Assembly (NCBI GenBank): GCA_034432775.1
Contig: DAOUBH010000024.1
Span: 15,982-79,981 of the forward strand
Reading direction: 5' to 3'
Origin: Chloroflexota bacterium
GTDB lineage: Bacteria > Chloroflexota > Chloroflexia > DAOUBH01
DNA: 64,000 nucleotides
A program made the position numbers and the translations under genes. This document shows, piece by piece, positions 39,235 through 48,849 of this stretch (position 1 is the first letter of the stretch; each line of letters opens with the position of its first letter). The notes beneath the pieces were generated by a model. The model worked only from the letters and a program-made list of their open reading frames with translations, made no database searches and was not told where the DNA came from.

Positions 39235-40604
39235 GCTTCATGTCCGGCTCCTTGGCTTGCTTCCGCCAGTTCGGCAGTCAGGTAGTCTACGAACTGCTTG
39301 GCGGTGCGCCCAGTCCAGCCGCCTTGCCACTGGGCCCACTGAAGGGCTCGTTTCCGCAACACGGCAGGGTCGATTGACAGATGCCGCCTTCTGGCTAGCC
39401 CCTCGACAATTGCCAAAAACTCTCCTTGACCGGGCGTGACAAAGGTCAAGTGCAATCCAAACCTGTCCGCCAAGGATAGCTTCTCCTGCTGGGTGTCCCG
39501 CGAGTGAAGGTCGGCATCCATGTGCCTGTCGTGGAAGGACTCGCGAACCAGATGTCTCCGGTTTGAGGTGGCATACACAATCACGTTGTCGGGCCTTGCC
39601 TCTACAGTCCCCTCCAGGGCTGCTTTAAGGACCTTGTACTGAGTCTCATGCTCCTCAAAGGACAGATCGTCAACAAAAACTATGAATTTTTCAGGGCGGT
39701 TCCGCAAGCACGTCGCTATCCGTGGGAAATCGGCCAGATGCTCCTTTGCCACTTCCACTAGCCTAAGGCCTTGATGCGCAAATTCGTTGAGCAGCGCCTT
39801 TACCAGAGAGGATTTGCCAGTTCCTGCGTCTCCATAAAGCAGGACATTGTTGGCTGGCAGACCTGCCAAGAAGTGGCGGGTGTTGGAAATGAGAAGCCGT
39901 TGCTCCCTCTCATTGCCTATAAGGTCGGCCAAGGTTATGGGGTCGGGATGAGCTATAGGTTCGAGGTACCCATCGCCGTCCCGGTGCACCCAGCGGAACG
40001 CCCGGTATCGTGCAAAGGGTCCTGTGCCGTGTCGTGTCCAATAGTGCTCTAGGGCAGCCAATACTTCGCCAGCATTCTCCGACGACGCCAGGATACGCCT
40101 GGTCTGTGCTTCAGAGGGCAACAGGGGCCTACGCGCATGGGCTCCGAAGTGCTCCCAGTCAATCCGAAAGATCTGATCGGAGATATGTTGGGATACCATA
40201 AGGTGGAGTCCCTCCATGCCGACCTTCCATAACCGTCTGAGACAGCCTAGTTCCTGCTCGGCCAGATTGAGCAGGCCGGCGTCACAGGATGCGAGCCCCT
40301 GTTGCGCCACCGTCCTCGCTAGGATGTTATCGTCCTCCATCACGAGAGATATGAGATGTTCCCTGAGGGGGTCGCCGTCAGGCACTGTGCCCTGCTCGAT
40401 AGCCGCCATCAGCGACCGGGCAAGCTCGGTGTAGGCGTGAACTACTGCTCTAGCATGGGCTCGCCAAGCGAGCCGCCGCAGGAGAGCTCGTAGCTTCTCA
40501 ACGGTGCCGTCGCCCGTCAATCTGTGGAATATGACCAGGCTGTCAATGCCGGTAATGAGGTCCTGGAGTTCCTCGCTATTCAGGTTTGCATCCTCTCGGA
40601 TCAA
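39201..40604 (-). CDS. DUF815 / COG2607 AAA+ ATPase
   Basis: The C-terminal half (LIGNEREQRLLISNTRHFLAGLPANNVLLYGDAGTGKSSLVKAL) has a Walker A and matches DUF815. 467 aa. Overlaps the purB 3' end convergently. Confidence 0.75.
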   Translation of the reverse strand: MIREDANLNSEELQDLITGIDSLVIFHRLTGDGTVEKLRALLRRLAWRAHARAVVHAYTELARSLMAAIEQGTVPDGDPLREHLISLVMEDDNILARTVAQQGLASCDAGLLNLAEQELGCLRRLWKVGMEGLHLMVSQHISDQIFRIDWEHFGAHARRPLLPSEAQTRRILASSENAGEVLAALEHYWTRHGTGPFARYRAFRWVHRDGDGYLEPIAHPDPITLADLIGNEREQRLLISNTRHFLAGLPANNVLLYGDAGTGKSSLVKALLNEFAHQGLRLVEVAKEHLADFPRIATCLRNRPEKFIVFVDDLSFEEHETQYKVLKAALEGTVEARPDNVIVYATSNRRHLVRESFHDRHMDADLHSRDTQQEKLSLADRFGLHLTFVTPGQGEFLAIVEGLARRRHLSIDPAVLRKRALQWAQWQGGWTGRTAKQFVDYLTAELAEASQGAGHEAYDSESSSPER

Positions 40605-40635
40605 GTTGCACCATGAATCCTAACATAGCCGTGCC

Positions 40636-40664
40636 TTGACAATGAGGCGCATAGGTTGTAATCT
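40636..40664 (+). promoter_or_regulatory. Sigma70-like promoter TTGACA-N17-TAATCT upstream of Rad52-like gene
   Basis: TTGACA 40636-40641. TAATCT 40659-40664. Confidence 0.4.
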
Positions 40665-40673
40665 TAAAAAATA

Positions 40674-40685
40674 GAACGCATGTTC
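40674..40685. promoter_or_regulatory. LexA (Cheo-type) SOS box GAACGCATGTTC
   Basis: AGAACGCATGTTCG matches the Gram-positive/Chloroflexi LexA consensus CGAACRNRYGTTCG, with a perfect GAAC-N4-GTTC core. It sits between the predicted -10 and the RBS of the Rad52-like gene, ~70 nt from the divergent DUF815 start. Confidence 0.5.
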
Positions 40686-40695
40686 GGGTAGGAGG

Positions 40696-41256
40696 ATGGA
40701 GCAGGGCAGGAGTTTCGATCCGGGGAGGTATCTGAGGAAGCTGGGATCTGGCGAGTATCTTGAAGTGAAGTGGCGGTTACTTTGGCTTCGCACGGAGCAT
40801 CCTGAGGCTGTCATTTCGACAGAACTCGTGGAACACCGAGATGGTTTTGCTCTGTTCCGGGCGCAGGTCACGATACCCGGGAGCGGCTCGGCCACGGGCT
40901 GGGGCTCTGAAACAAGCCAAGATTTCTCTGACTACATCGAGAAGGCCGAGACCAAGGCCCTAGGTAGGGCCCTGGCGGCCCTCGGGTATGGGACGCAGTT
41001 CTGCCACGACTTCGACATGGGGCCGGACCAGCTCGGTGGGGAGCGTGTCGTGGACAGCCCTGTGGAAGTGTCCGAGGCTACGGAACGACAGATCAAGGCC
41101 ATCTACAGTACGGGAAGGAGGGTCGCAGGCCTATCGGAACAGCAGGTCGTGGACGAAAGCATCCGTCTTTACGGAAGGAAGCCCGAAGAGCTTAATCGAC
41201 GCGAAGCATCCGACTACATTAGCCGGCTGTCGGGAGACCGTGGATTGAGGAGATAG
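40696..41256 (+). CDS. Rad52/Rad22-family single-strand annealing protein (DdrA-like)
   Basis: YLEVKWR...; ...VTIPGSGSATGWGSE...YIEKAETKALGRALAALGYG parallels the Rad52 core and Deinococcus DdrA (..AYKAAVSDALKRCAVQFGIG). The start is uncertain because the RBS abuts the ATG. Confidence 0.55.
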   Translation: MEQGRSFDPGRYLRKLGSGEYLEVKWRLLWLRTEHPEAVISTELVEHRDGFALFRAQVTIPGSGSATGWGSETSQDFSDYIEKAETKALGRALAALGYGTQFCHDFDMGPDQLGGERVVDSPVEVSEATERQIKAIYSTGRRVAGLSEQQVVDESIRLYGRKPEELNRREASDYISRLSGDRGLRR

Positions 41257-41260
41257 GTGG

Positions 41261-41485
41261 ATGACTACACAAACTGTCGACAAGACAGCTACGAGCCAGG
41301 AGGGTTATACGAGGCTTACCCTGCGGAGGCAGGAATTGGAGCAGCGTTTAGAGGAACTGTGGAGGCTCGTCGACACGCTCAAGGCGCAAGGGAAACCCTA
41401 TAGGTCGGCTGAAGACAGGCTCCTGCGCCTGCTCCGAAGTTACGAGAAACTGTGCGAGGTCATCGATCGCTACTACCCAGGTTGA
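41261..41485 (+). CDS. Small coiled-coil protein, unknown function
   Basis: 74 aa with a heptad-like LEQRLEELWRLVDTLKA. Lies 4 nt after the Rad52-like gene, so likely co-transcribed. Confidence 0.4.
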   Translation: MTTQTVDKTATSQEGYTRLTLRRQELEQRLEELWRLVDTLKAQGKPYRSAEDRLLRLLRSYEKLCEVIDRYYPG

Positions 41486-41964
41486 GACGCTCTGCGATCT
41501 GCCTCGGCCAGGGCCCTTTCCACAGCCTCCTCCGGGGTTTCAACTGCATGCACAGCAGCTGGCCTTCCATTTCTGATGCAGGTCCAGGTGTTCAAGCCGA
41601 TCACGGGCTTGCCTAGTTTCAGTGCCAGCGCTATCTCCGATAAAGTGCCGTACTCGCCCCCTATGGCTATTACCGCATCAGAGCTAGCCACAATATAGAG
41701 GTTTCGCGCGTGGCTGGCCCCGGTAGCGATGGCCACGGAAAGGTAAGGATTACCCTGCTCCACTTCGAGGCCAGGTAGAAGGCCTACTACGACACCGCCA
41801 GCGGTGAAGGCGCCGCGGGCGGCGGCCTCCATAACGCCGCCAAGTCCCCCGCATATCACCGTAGCTCCCCGCTGTGCGAGAAGCCGGCCCACCGCTTCGC
41901 CGACCGCGGCCGTTGCATCATCACACTGGCTTGCTCCACACACGGCAATCTGCCTCCTAACCAT
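41473..41964 (-). CDS. TIGR00725 family protein (SLOG/LOG-like Rossmann fold)
   Basis: IAVCGAS...VICGGLGGVMEAAARGA...IAIGGEYGTLSEIALALKLGKPVIGL. Confidence 0.75.
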   Translation of the reverse strand: MVRRQIAVCGASQCDDATAAVGEAVGRLLAQRGATVICGGLGGVMEAAARGAFTAGGVVVGLLPGLEVEQGNPYLSVAIATGASHARNLYIVASSDAVIAIGGEYGTLSEIALALKLGKPVIGLNTWTCIRNGRPAAVHAVETPEEAVERALAEADRRASQPG

Positions 41965-42556
41965 GTCCGTCCCTCAGGGGGAAGGTAGCCAGCCGTTCGT
42001 ACACGGCACCACCTCTCTGCAAATGACTTCTCATAAGAGACACATGAGTCACCACAAACTCGATCCTTACTTCGCGGAGACGATGCGCTACGTTGCCCAG
42101 GCTGACCAGTTCACTCCTAGATAGGCGCCTGCGGACCCTTGCCAAGGTCAGGTGTGGGGAAAAGGCTCGTGCTTCCCGCGGGAGGTTGAGTCTTGCGAGA
42201 GCTTCATCTAGAGAGACTGCCAGTTTTGACAGCGGCGTAACATCCCCTGTGATGCCGAGCCATATTACCCTTGGGCTATCTGCGGACGGAAAGACGCCTA
42301 GACCACTGATGACGACCCTGAAAGGTCGATAGCCGCCCACTGCGGGGGCAGCCAGACGTTCGATTTCGGGCACCAACGTTGCTGGCACGTTGCCCAGGAA
42401 TTTCAACGTGATGTGGACCATATTGGGTCTAACGTAAGCTAGATCAGGGAGCGCATCCCGAACTATCTGCTGAACTTGCCCAACGCGCACCAAGGCGTCT
42501 TGGGGCAACTCTATGGCAAGAAAAGCTCTTACATCCGACCCTGCCGATGTGGTCAT
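41957..42556 (-). CDS. thpR: RNA 2',3'-cyclic phosphodiesterase (2H family)
   Basis: Two H-x-T-x motifs (HITLKFLG and HLTLARV) are spaced as in LigT/ThpR. Confidence 0.8.
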   Translation of the reverse strand: MTTSAGSDVRAFLAIELPQDALVRVGQVQQIVRDALPDLAYVRPNMVHITLKFLGNVPATLVPEIERLAAPAVGGYRPFRVVISGLGVFPSADSPRVIWLGITGDVTPLSKLAVSLDEALARLNLPREARAFSPHLTLARVRRRLSRSELVSLGNVAHRLREVRIEFVVTHVSLMRSHLQRGGAVYERLATFPLRDGHG

Positions 42557-45500
42557 GCCTTTCTTAGGGCCAGCGTCACTTTCTGGCCGTCCACATTGGC
42601 TGTAGTGGTATAAGCACCCGTTGGAGGTTCTTCCAGTAGAAGCTGAACGGCCAAAGTTTCGGTGGCTATGTACTCCCTGGCTGCTTCCACAGCCTCCTTC
42701 AGGGCTGTGTCTCCCCTTATGTAGAGCACAATGCGGTCGTCGATATTCAAGCCAGCAGATTTCCTGGCTTGCTGTATGTGCCGCACAAGCTCCCTGGCTA
42801 TTCCTTCGCGTCGAAGCTCATCGGTCAGGGTCAGGTCGACAGCAACTGCAAATCCGTATTCACTGGCGGCTGAGTACCCCGGCTTGGCCCTGAGTTCCAC
42901 GATCAGTTCTTCAGGCTCTAGTTCCAAGCTCTCCCCGTCCACAATGACAGTGATGGGCTCGTGTCGCCTCACCTTTCGAGCTATTTCTGTCGTGTCGAGA
43001 GACCTCAGGTAGTCCTTAACACGGTCGTACAGCCGCCCCAGCTTTGGCGCCAGTACTTCCCCATTAGGTTTCACTTCGTAGGTCGCGATTTCATCCTCCC
43101 TCTCCACGAACCTTACTGCCTTCACGTTGAGCTCATCCTGAATGAGATCAAGAAGAGGCTGTACTGCCGAACTAACAGAGGGATCCTCCGACCATATCTG
43201 TAGCTCCCTCAGCGGCTGTCTGACCTTCACCTTGGCCTTATTTCTTGCGGCTCTGCCGAGCGCAACGATCCGCATGGCTGCACCCATAGAGGCGATGAGA
43301 TCTTCGTCGATCAGGCTAACGTCCGGCTCCGGATAGTCCAGAAGGTGCACGCTCTCGGGTGCGGATGGATCTACAGACCGCACAAGGTTCTGATACATGC
43401 GTTCTGCAAGGAAGGGCATTATGGGGGCTATCAGTGTCGCAAGGGTTGTGAGCACCTCATAGAGGGTCTTGTATGCTGCTGCCTTATCTGTATCGTTCTC
43501 GCTCTTCCAGAACCTTCGCCGGCTCCGCCGTATGTACCAGTTAGAGAGGTCATCGATGAGTCTCTCGACGTCGCGGGTGAGGGCCGCGACGTTGAACCGG
43601 TCCAGCTCTTCGTTGGCGGTGCCGACGACCTGGTGCAGACGGGCCAAGATCCAGCGGTCCAGGAGGGATCTGCGATCTATGGGAAGCTCGTAGCTCCTTG
43701 GGTTCACCTTGTCGAGGTTTGCATAGGTCACGAAGAAAGAGTAAGCGTTCCAAAGGACCAACAGCCTACGCTTGACCTCTTCTGCTGGACCCCAGCCAAA
43801 GAGGAGATTCTGCTGAATGTTCTGGGAGGCGTACATCCATCGCATCACGTCGGCGCCCATGCGCTCGGCGGCTTCGTCGAACCAGATGGCGTTTCCCAGG
43901 CTCTTGTGCATCGGGCGACCTATTTCGTCGTAGACCTTCTCGTATACCATAGCGCACCGATAGGGCGCCATGCCTTCCAGGGTGACGCTCATGAACAGCA
44001 TGGAGTAGAACCAGAGGCGTATCTGTTCACGCATCTCGACGATGTAGTCCGCAGGAAACCATTGCTGCCAGTAGCTCCGGTCGTACAGGTAATTCAGGGT
44101 GGAGTAAGGCACGATGCCAGCATCAAGCCAACAGTCTCCAACTTCCGGAATGCGCCGCACCGGTTGACCGCAACCGCTGCAGGCGATCACCACATCATCG
44201 ATCCAGGGTCGGTGGAGTTCCACCAATCTATCCAGGCCCGAGATGGCCCTTTCCGCAAGCTCCTTTCGGCTGCCGACTACGGTAAGCTTGCCGCAGCTCC
44301 CACAGGGGTAGAAGGGGAGCGGGAGCCCCCAGTAACGTCGCCGGGAGATCACCCAGTCGTGCATATTGTTGAGCCAGTCTTCCATGCGCTTCAGGGCATA
44401 CCCGGGGATCCACTCGACGGTCCGGGCTGCTTCAATAAGTTTTGGCCTTATCTCTTGAACGGAGATGAACCACTCGTCAACCAACCGGAAGACCAGTTCT
44501 TCGCCACAGCGCCAGCATACCGGATATCGGTGTGTGTAGTCTTGTGTTCTATACAGGTAACCCTTTTGTCTGAGATTTTCCACTATCCGCGGAGCGCTCT
44601 CTCGCACATTGGATCCCGTGAGTTCCCCGAACCCTTCCAGGAATTGACCGTCCTCGCTGAGAGGTGCTATGACGCTGAGGCCGTGCTCTCGCCCGAGCTC
44701 GAAGTCCTCTTGACCGCATCCTGGAGCTATGTGGACGATACCCGTGCCCTCTTCCTCTCCCACCTGATCCCACGGTATCACCCTATGGTTCACACCTTGT
44801 TGGACTGGCAGCTCGTCAAAGGGGCCTCTGTATCGCCATCCCAACAATTCGCGCCCCTTCAGGACCGCTACTACCTCGTAGGGGCCCTGGATTGCAGAAT
44901 CCAAGGTGCCCCTTGAGAGATAGTAATATTCATTGTCTTGACGTACCTTGACGTACTCTAGGTCTGGGTGGACAGCTACAGCGGTGTTAGATGTCAGTGT
45001 CCACGGCGTCGTGGTCCAAACGAGCAAGTATTCCTGAGGTCGGCCTTCCAGGGGGAGCTTTAGAAAGATTGACAGGTGAGTTATGTCCCTGTAAGAGTCA
45101 AGCATCTCGTGCTGAGACAAGGATGTGCCACACCGGATGCACCAGGGCATGGTCTGGTGGCCCTGATATAGCCATCCCAGTTCATGGCAGCGTTTGAGGA
45201 AATACCAGATGTGCTCCTCATTTTCGTCGGACATGGTGTAGTAGGAGTTCGGCCAATCCATCCATTGGCCGAGCCGAATGGACTGTTGCGTCTGTATCTT
45301 GGAGTAATAGAGTACGCGTTCTTTACACTTACGAGAGAAATTCTCGAGCCCGTAGGCCTCGATTTCACGCTTGGAGTTTAGACCCAGCTCCTTTTCTACC
45401 TCCACTTCTACCCAGAGGCCTTGACTGTCGAAGCCATTTTGGAATCGCTGGTCGTAGCCCTTCATGGCCTTGTAGCGCTGATATATGTCCTTGTAGGTCC

Positions 45501-45684
45501 GACCCCAGGCATGGTGGACCCCCATCGGGTTGTTGGCTGTAATGGGACCGTCTATGAAGGACCATCGAGGCTTGCCCCGGTTCTTTTCGACCAATTTGTA
45601 GAAGATACGCTTCCGTTCCCAGAACTCTAGAATTTCATGCTCGTGGTTCGGAAAGTCCAGTCTACTGGCAACTGGCTGAAACAT
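42553..45684 (-). CDS. ileS: Isoleucine--tRNA ligase, type 2 (eukaryote-like)
   Basis: HMG-type class I motif PMGVHHAWGRT. KMSKS-like KSLGN. 1043 aa with a type-2 C-terminal region lacking the type-1 zinc finger. Confidence 0.95.
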   Translation of the reverse strand: MFQPVASRLDFPNHEHEILEFWERKRIFYKLVEKNRGKPRWSFIDGPITANNPMGVHHAWGRTYKDIYQRYKAMKGYDQRFQNGFDSQGLWVEVEVEKELGLNSKREIEAYGLENFSRKCKERVLYYSKIQTQQSIRLGQWMDWPNSYYTMSDENEEHIWYFLKRCHELGWLYQGHQTMPWCIRCGTSLSQHEMLDSYRDITHLSIFLKLPLEGRPQEYLLVWTTTPWTLTSNTAVAVHPDLEYVKVRQDNEYYYLSRGTLDSAIQGPYEVVAVLKGRELLGWRYRGPFDELPVQQGVNHRVIPWDQVGEEEGTGIVHIAPGCGQEDFELGREHGLSVIAPLSEDGQFLEGFGELTGSNVRESAPRIVENLRQKGYLYRTQDYTHRYPVCWRCGEELVFRLVDEWFISVQEIRPKLIEAARTVEWIPGYALKRMEDWLNNMHDWVISRRRYWGLPLPFYPCGSCGKLTVVGSRKELAERAISGLDRLVELHRPWIDDVVIACSGCGQPVRRIPEVGDCWLDAGIVPYSTLNYLYDRSYWQQWFPADYIVEMREQIRLWFYSMLFMSVTLEGMAPYRCAMVYEKVYDEIGRPMHKSLGNAIWFDEAAERMGADVMRWMYASQNIQQNLLFGWGPAEEVKRRLLVLWNAYSFFVTYANLDKVNPRSYELPIDRRSLLDRWILARLHQVVGTANEELDRFNVAALTRDVERLIDDLSNWYIRRSRRRFWKSENDTDKAAAYKTLYEVLTTLATLIAPIMPFLAERMYQNLVRSVDPSAPESVHLLDYPEPDVSLIDEDLIASMGAAMRIVALGRAARNKAKVKVRQPLRELQIWSEDPSVSSAVQPLLDLIQDELNVKAVRFVEREDEIATYEVKPNGEVLAPKLGRLYDRVKDYLRSLDTTEIARKVRRHEPITVIVDGESLELEPEELIVELRAKPGYSAASEYGFAVAVDLTLTDELRREGIARELVRHIQQARKSAGLNIDDRIVLYIRGDTALKEAVEAAREYIATETLAVQLLLEEPPTGAYTTTANVDGQKVTLALRKA

Positions 45685-45700
45685 TTCGATCCTCCATTGG

Positions 45701-46035
45701 TCAGAATAGAAAGAGGTCTCATCCTTAAGGACGAGACCATAGACGTCATGAGAGGTCCCGCGGTACCACCCTGATTAGTGCTCCGCACTCCCTCCTTACG
45801 GGTGCTTTTAGACACCCGCGCCGAGGATAACGGTCGGCGGAACCGGCCGAGCCTACTGGGCTCAGGGCCGTTCGGTCGGCAGCTCGGGAACGATTTTCGG
45901 TCGACCTCTGGGGCTCCGCTCCCACCGTCCGGAGCTCGCTGTGCCCATCGTTACGACCTACTCTTTTCCGTCGTCGCCTGTAACTATGGGCTGTGTTTCA
46001 AATATTAAGATATCCCCTGGCTGAGCCGATGTCAA
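45701..46035 (-). ncRNA. T-box riboswitch leader of ileS (with terminator/antiterminator)
   Basis: The minus strand has the T-box sequence AAUCAGGGUGGUACCGCGGG (plus 45759-45772 and flanks). A terminator hairpin GGUCUCGUCC-UUAA-GGAUGAGACC plus UCUUUCUAUUCU (45701-45738) sits just 5' of the ileS RBS. A TTGACA-N17-TATCTT promoter is at ~46008-46036. The candidate Ile specifier AUC lies in GAAAAUCG (plus 45892-45894). Confidence 0.8.
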
Positions 46036-46042
46036 ATAGCGT

Positions 46043-48094
46043 TTATTTTTCAGCTGGCTCGAGGGACACGGCGGCAACTTGTATCCCAAGGCTTCTTGGA
46101 TCTGATGGCACTGAGTGTGCATCGTCCACTTTTATTTCCAGGAGCACCATCTGCCCCGCTATCAAGTGCCCCGCTACCTCCAAAGTTTGCCAACGCCAGT
46201 CACCTTCCATTGCAACGGCGGTACCAATGGGTGCTCCCGATAGATACAGGCGAAAAGTTGTCCCGTGCGTTTTGGTCGATGCGCAGAGAACTTTGAGGCG
46301 GACTCTGCTACTCGGGGCCCATAGCCTCACCTGTGCCCGTGCCCCGGTCCACCGGTATGACAGTCCACCCGAGGTTTCCGGGCCGTAGAACCCCCGGACG
46401 TATCCAAGATCGTCTGTACCGATGTGTAGCGAGGATCTGGGTGGAACTGGGAGATGGTCCCATGACCAGGTTTCAGCCCAGAGGGCTACTGGACCGCGAT
46501 CCGGTGGCGGCATACCTAGCCCAACTTGGCGGGTCAGCCACACCTGCCAGGCTCCGATTCTCGGATCCTCTAGCCAGATTCCACGGGCCTGTCCCAGAAA
46601 TCGGAAGGCCGATGTGGTTGCCCCATGCTTTCCGAGCAACCTGCCTAGAGCCAGATAGAAGTCGGGCTGAGCTTTCATGCCAATGGCCTTTAGGAACGCT
46701 CTTTCGGCAAGGCCGGTCATCCCGGCAGCTTCGGCTGCTCTCCCAACGGTGTACACTGTGTGAGCAGCCAAGTCTTGGGACCAGGCAGGGAAGAGGAGCG
46801 AAAGAGAGAGGACGATTAAAAGGATGGGTGCAATGGCGGAAAAGAGCAGCGATCTGTCCCACCGGAGGTGCCACGGTACAGCAGAAACCAGAGGCACCAC
46901 GTAGGGGAGAAAAGCCAGCTTGTAGCGGAACACCGGCTCGATGAATATGGCTGTGGCAGTCTGACCTGCTATCAGCAGAATCGTCATGGTTCGGTACGAG
47001 GAGCCTTTCACGAGCCCTAACCCTACGGCTGCCAGAGCAGTCAAGGCCAGATACCATACAGTACCCACTGAGGCGAATATGGTTTGTACCCAGGAAGCGA
47101 CCGCTGGGAACCTGCTGCGAAGGTATATACCCCATTCCCTATATCTATCAACAGTCCAGGAGTACCGAAGGCGGTCCAGGGCCCGCAAGGCAAATTGCCG
47201 TGGGTGTCCCACGATCCACTCTATGGCTCTACTCACTCCATAGCTTTCCCTGTCTCCTGGATTGGATATACGCATCAGATCGGAGTAGACCTGCGTCCGT
47301 GTTAGGTCGGTGTTGTGCTGGTAGAGATTGACTCCCAACGTTGTGTCCAGGAGGATGAACCTTTGATAGGCCAACCAGTTGCGTATGGTCCATGGAGCCA
47401 GACAGGCTGCCAAGACTGCGAAGAACAGGCCCAGAACCGCTATCCTTTCGTACAGGCGCCATTCGCGCCGACAGAGAGTCCATAGCGCAAGGAGGAACAC
47501 GAAAGGCAGCACCGAAGCGCGGCTGAGAAGTCCAAGGCCCATGAAGAATCCCGCAACGGCGAACCGCTTAAGTTGTCGGTTTTTGAGGCCTGCTAGAATG
47601 CTGGTCAGGGCAGCAAGTGTAAGAAAGGTCGTTAAGCCTTCAGCAAAGAGGTATTGGCTGGCCACAGGGGCCGTTGGATCAAGTGCCAGGATAACACCCG
47701 CAAGACGCGCGGCTTTTGGCCCATATTCGATGTTGGCCGCTAGGTATGCCACTAGGGCGGTGAGTGCTCCGATGGCCGCCTGGAAGAGTTGCATTGGGAG
47801 AAGGTCACCATGCCCCATGGACAGGAAGAAGGCCAAAACCAAAGGGTAGAGCGGGGGCCTGATCCATGGCCACTTGTCAGCGAAGTTGCCTGTTTCAAGC
47901 AATGATCTTGCCAGGCCGAAGTAGTTGCCCTCGTCTCCCCTGAGCACGTAGTCGACGTTGGGTGTGCCGCCTGATGGGAAGATAGCCCGCCAAAGAAAGG
48001 CTAAGACCAGTACGGCCGAGACCCACATCCAACGGCTATACTTTGTGGGAAATATCCTGTGCTTGTGATCCCAATTACCGGCCCGTTGCATCAT
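46043..48094 (-). CDS. GT-C family membrane glycosyltransferase (ArnT/PMT-like) with large C-terminal extracytoplasmic domain
   Basis: 683 aa. N-terminal TM helices with ...GDEGNYFGLARSL...WPWIRPPLYP.. resemble ArnT/PMT loop 1. Confidence 0.7.
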   Translation of the reverse strand: MMQRAGNWDHKHRIFPTKYSRWMWVSAVLVLAFLWRAIFPSGGTPNVDYVLRGDEGNYFGLARSLLETGNFADKWPWIRPPLYPLVLAFFLSMGHGDLLPMQLFQAAIGALTALVAYLAANIEYGPKAARLAGVILALDPTAPVASQYLFAEGLTTFLTLAALTSILAGLKNRQLKRFAVAGFFMGLGLLSRASVLPFVFLLALWTLCRREWRLYERIAVLGLFFAVLAACLAPWTIRNWLAYQRFILLDTTLGVNLYQHNTDLTRTQVYSDLMRISNPGDRESYGVSRAIEWIVGHPRQFALRALDRLRYSWTVDRYREWGIYLRSRFPAVASWVQTIFASVGTVWYLALTALAAVGLGLVKGSSYRTMTILLIAGQTATAIFIEPVFRYKLAFLPYVVPLVSAVPWHLRWDRSLLFSAIAPILLIVLSLSLLFPAWSQDLAAHTVYTVGRAAEAAGMTGLAERAFLKAIGMKAQPDFYLALGRLLGKHGATTSAFRFLGQARGIWLEDPRIGAWQVWLTRQVGLGMPPPDRGPVALWAETWSWDHLPVPPRSSLHIGTDDLGYVRGFYGPETSGGLSYRWTGARAQVRLWAPSSRVRLKVLCASTKTHGTTFRLYLSGAPIGTAVAMEGDWRWQTLEVAGHLIAGQMVLLEIKVDDAHSVPSDPRSLGIQVAAVSLEPAEK

Positions 48095-48397
48095 TGGTTT
48101 TTCAGGCAGCCAAGGCGCATAGAGTATGGGACATGCTAGCTACGTGATGGGGCGAGGTTTACCCGACGTGCCTCCTGCGGCCAATTTTAGCACGTGGCAA
48201 TCGTTCGACCTAGCGTGTTTCAGCGACCGGACATAGGAGGCTATCGGTGCAATTAGTCATAGTCTATTACTTCGGGAACGATACTGATACTGTGTCCCTT
48301 TCTGATATCCAGTGGCTGGGTTCCCAGGGATTGGCCTAGCACCTGCGGGTAAGTTTCCGGTCTGAGAGTAGATGTCGCGCGCGTAGGAGGTCTTTAT

Positions 48398-48730
48398 ATG
48401 GAAGCCTTTCTCAAGGCCATGGGGCTCTTCATGCTTGCTGGACTCGCCGAGATCGGGGGCGGATGGCTTGTGTGGCAGTGGATCCGTGAAGGCAGATCTT
48501 TACTGCATGGTGTTTTGGGGGCGCTGGTGCTTGTAGTTTATGGATTCGTGCCTACATTACAGGCCAGTCCCCATTTTGGGCGCGTGTACGCTGCCTACGG
48601 TGGAATGTTTATAGTATTGTCGCTGGCGTGGGGCAGGGCCTTTGACGGCTTCATGCCCGATCGATGGGATGTCCTTGGTGCTTTTGTCTGTTTCTTGGGA
48701 GTCGTAATTATATTTTTCGGTCCGCGATAG
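48398..48730 (+). CDS. ynfA: YnfA/UPF0060 family small membrane protein
   Basis: LAGLAEIGGGWLVWQW...GRVYAAYGGMFIV closely parallels E. coli YnfA. Confidence 0.8.
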   Translation: MEAFLKAMGLFMLAGLAEIGGGWLVWQWIREGRSLLHGVLGALVLVVYGFVPTLQASPHFGRVYAAYGGMFIVLSLAWGRAFDGFMPDRWDVLGAFVCFLGVVIIFFGPR

Positions 48731-48849
48731 ACCCTATACCCACAAGCGCACCTCTCCAGGCGTTAGTTGTCCCCAGCGCAGGACGCACCCCGTGCAAGGG
48801 CCGAGCAGACCCTCTTAGGTCTTCCCTGCTCCAGATTGTAGGCTGGGGC

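Noticed and set aside
43345-44916. 523-aa ORF on the plus strand
   Set aside because: It is entirely antisense to ileS, whose protein has unmistakable class I aaRS motifs. It has no recognisable domain and is low-complexity and cysteine-rich in an irregular way. Long antisense ORFs are expected at ~60% GC.
48095-48397. Riboswitch in 303-nt leader of ynfA
   Set aside because: No motif of a known riboswitch class was recognisable (no purine, TPP, SAM, c-di-GMP or fluoride signatures). Only a GCGCGCGC palindrome near the RBS. Left unannotated.
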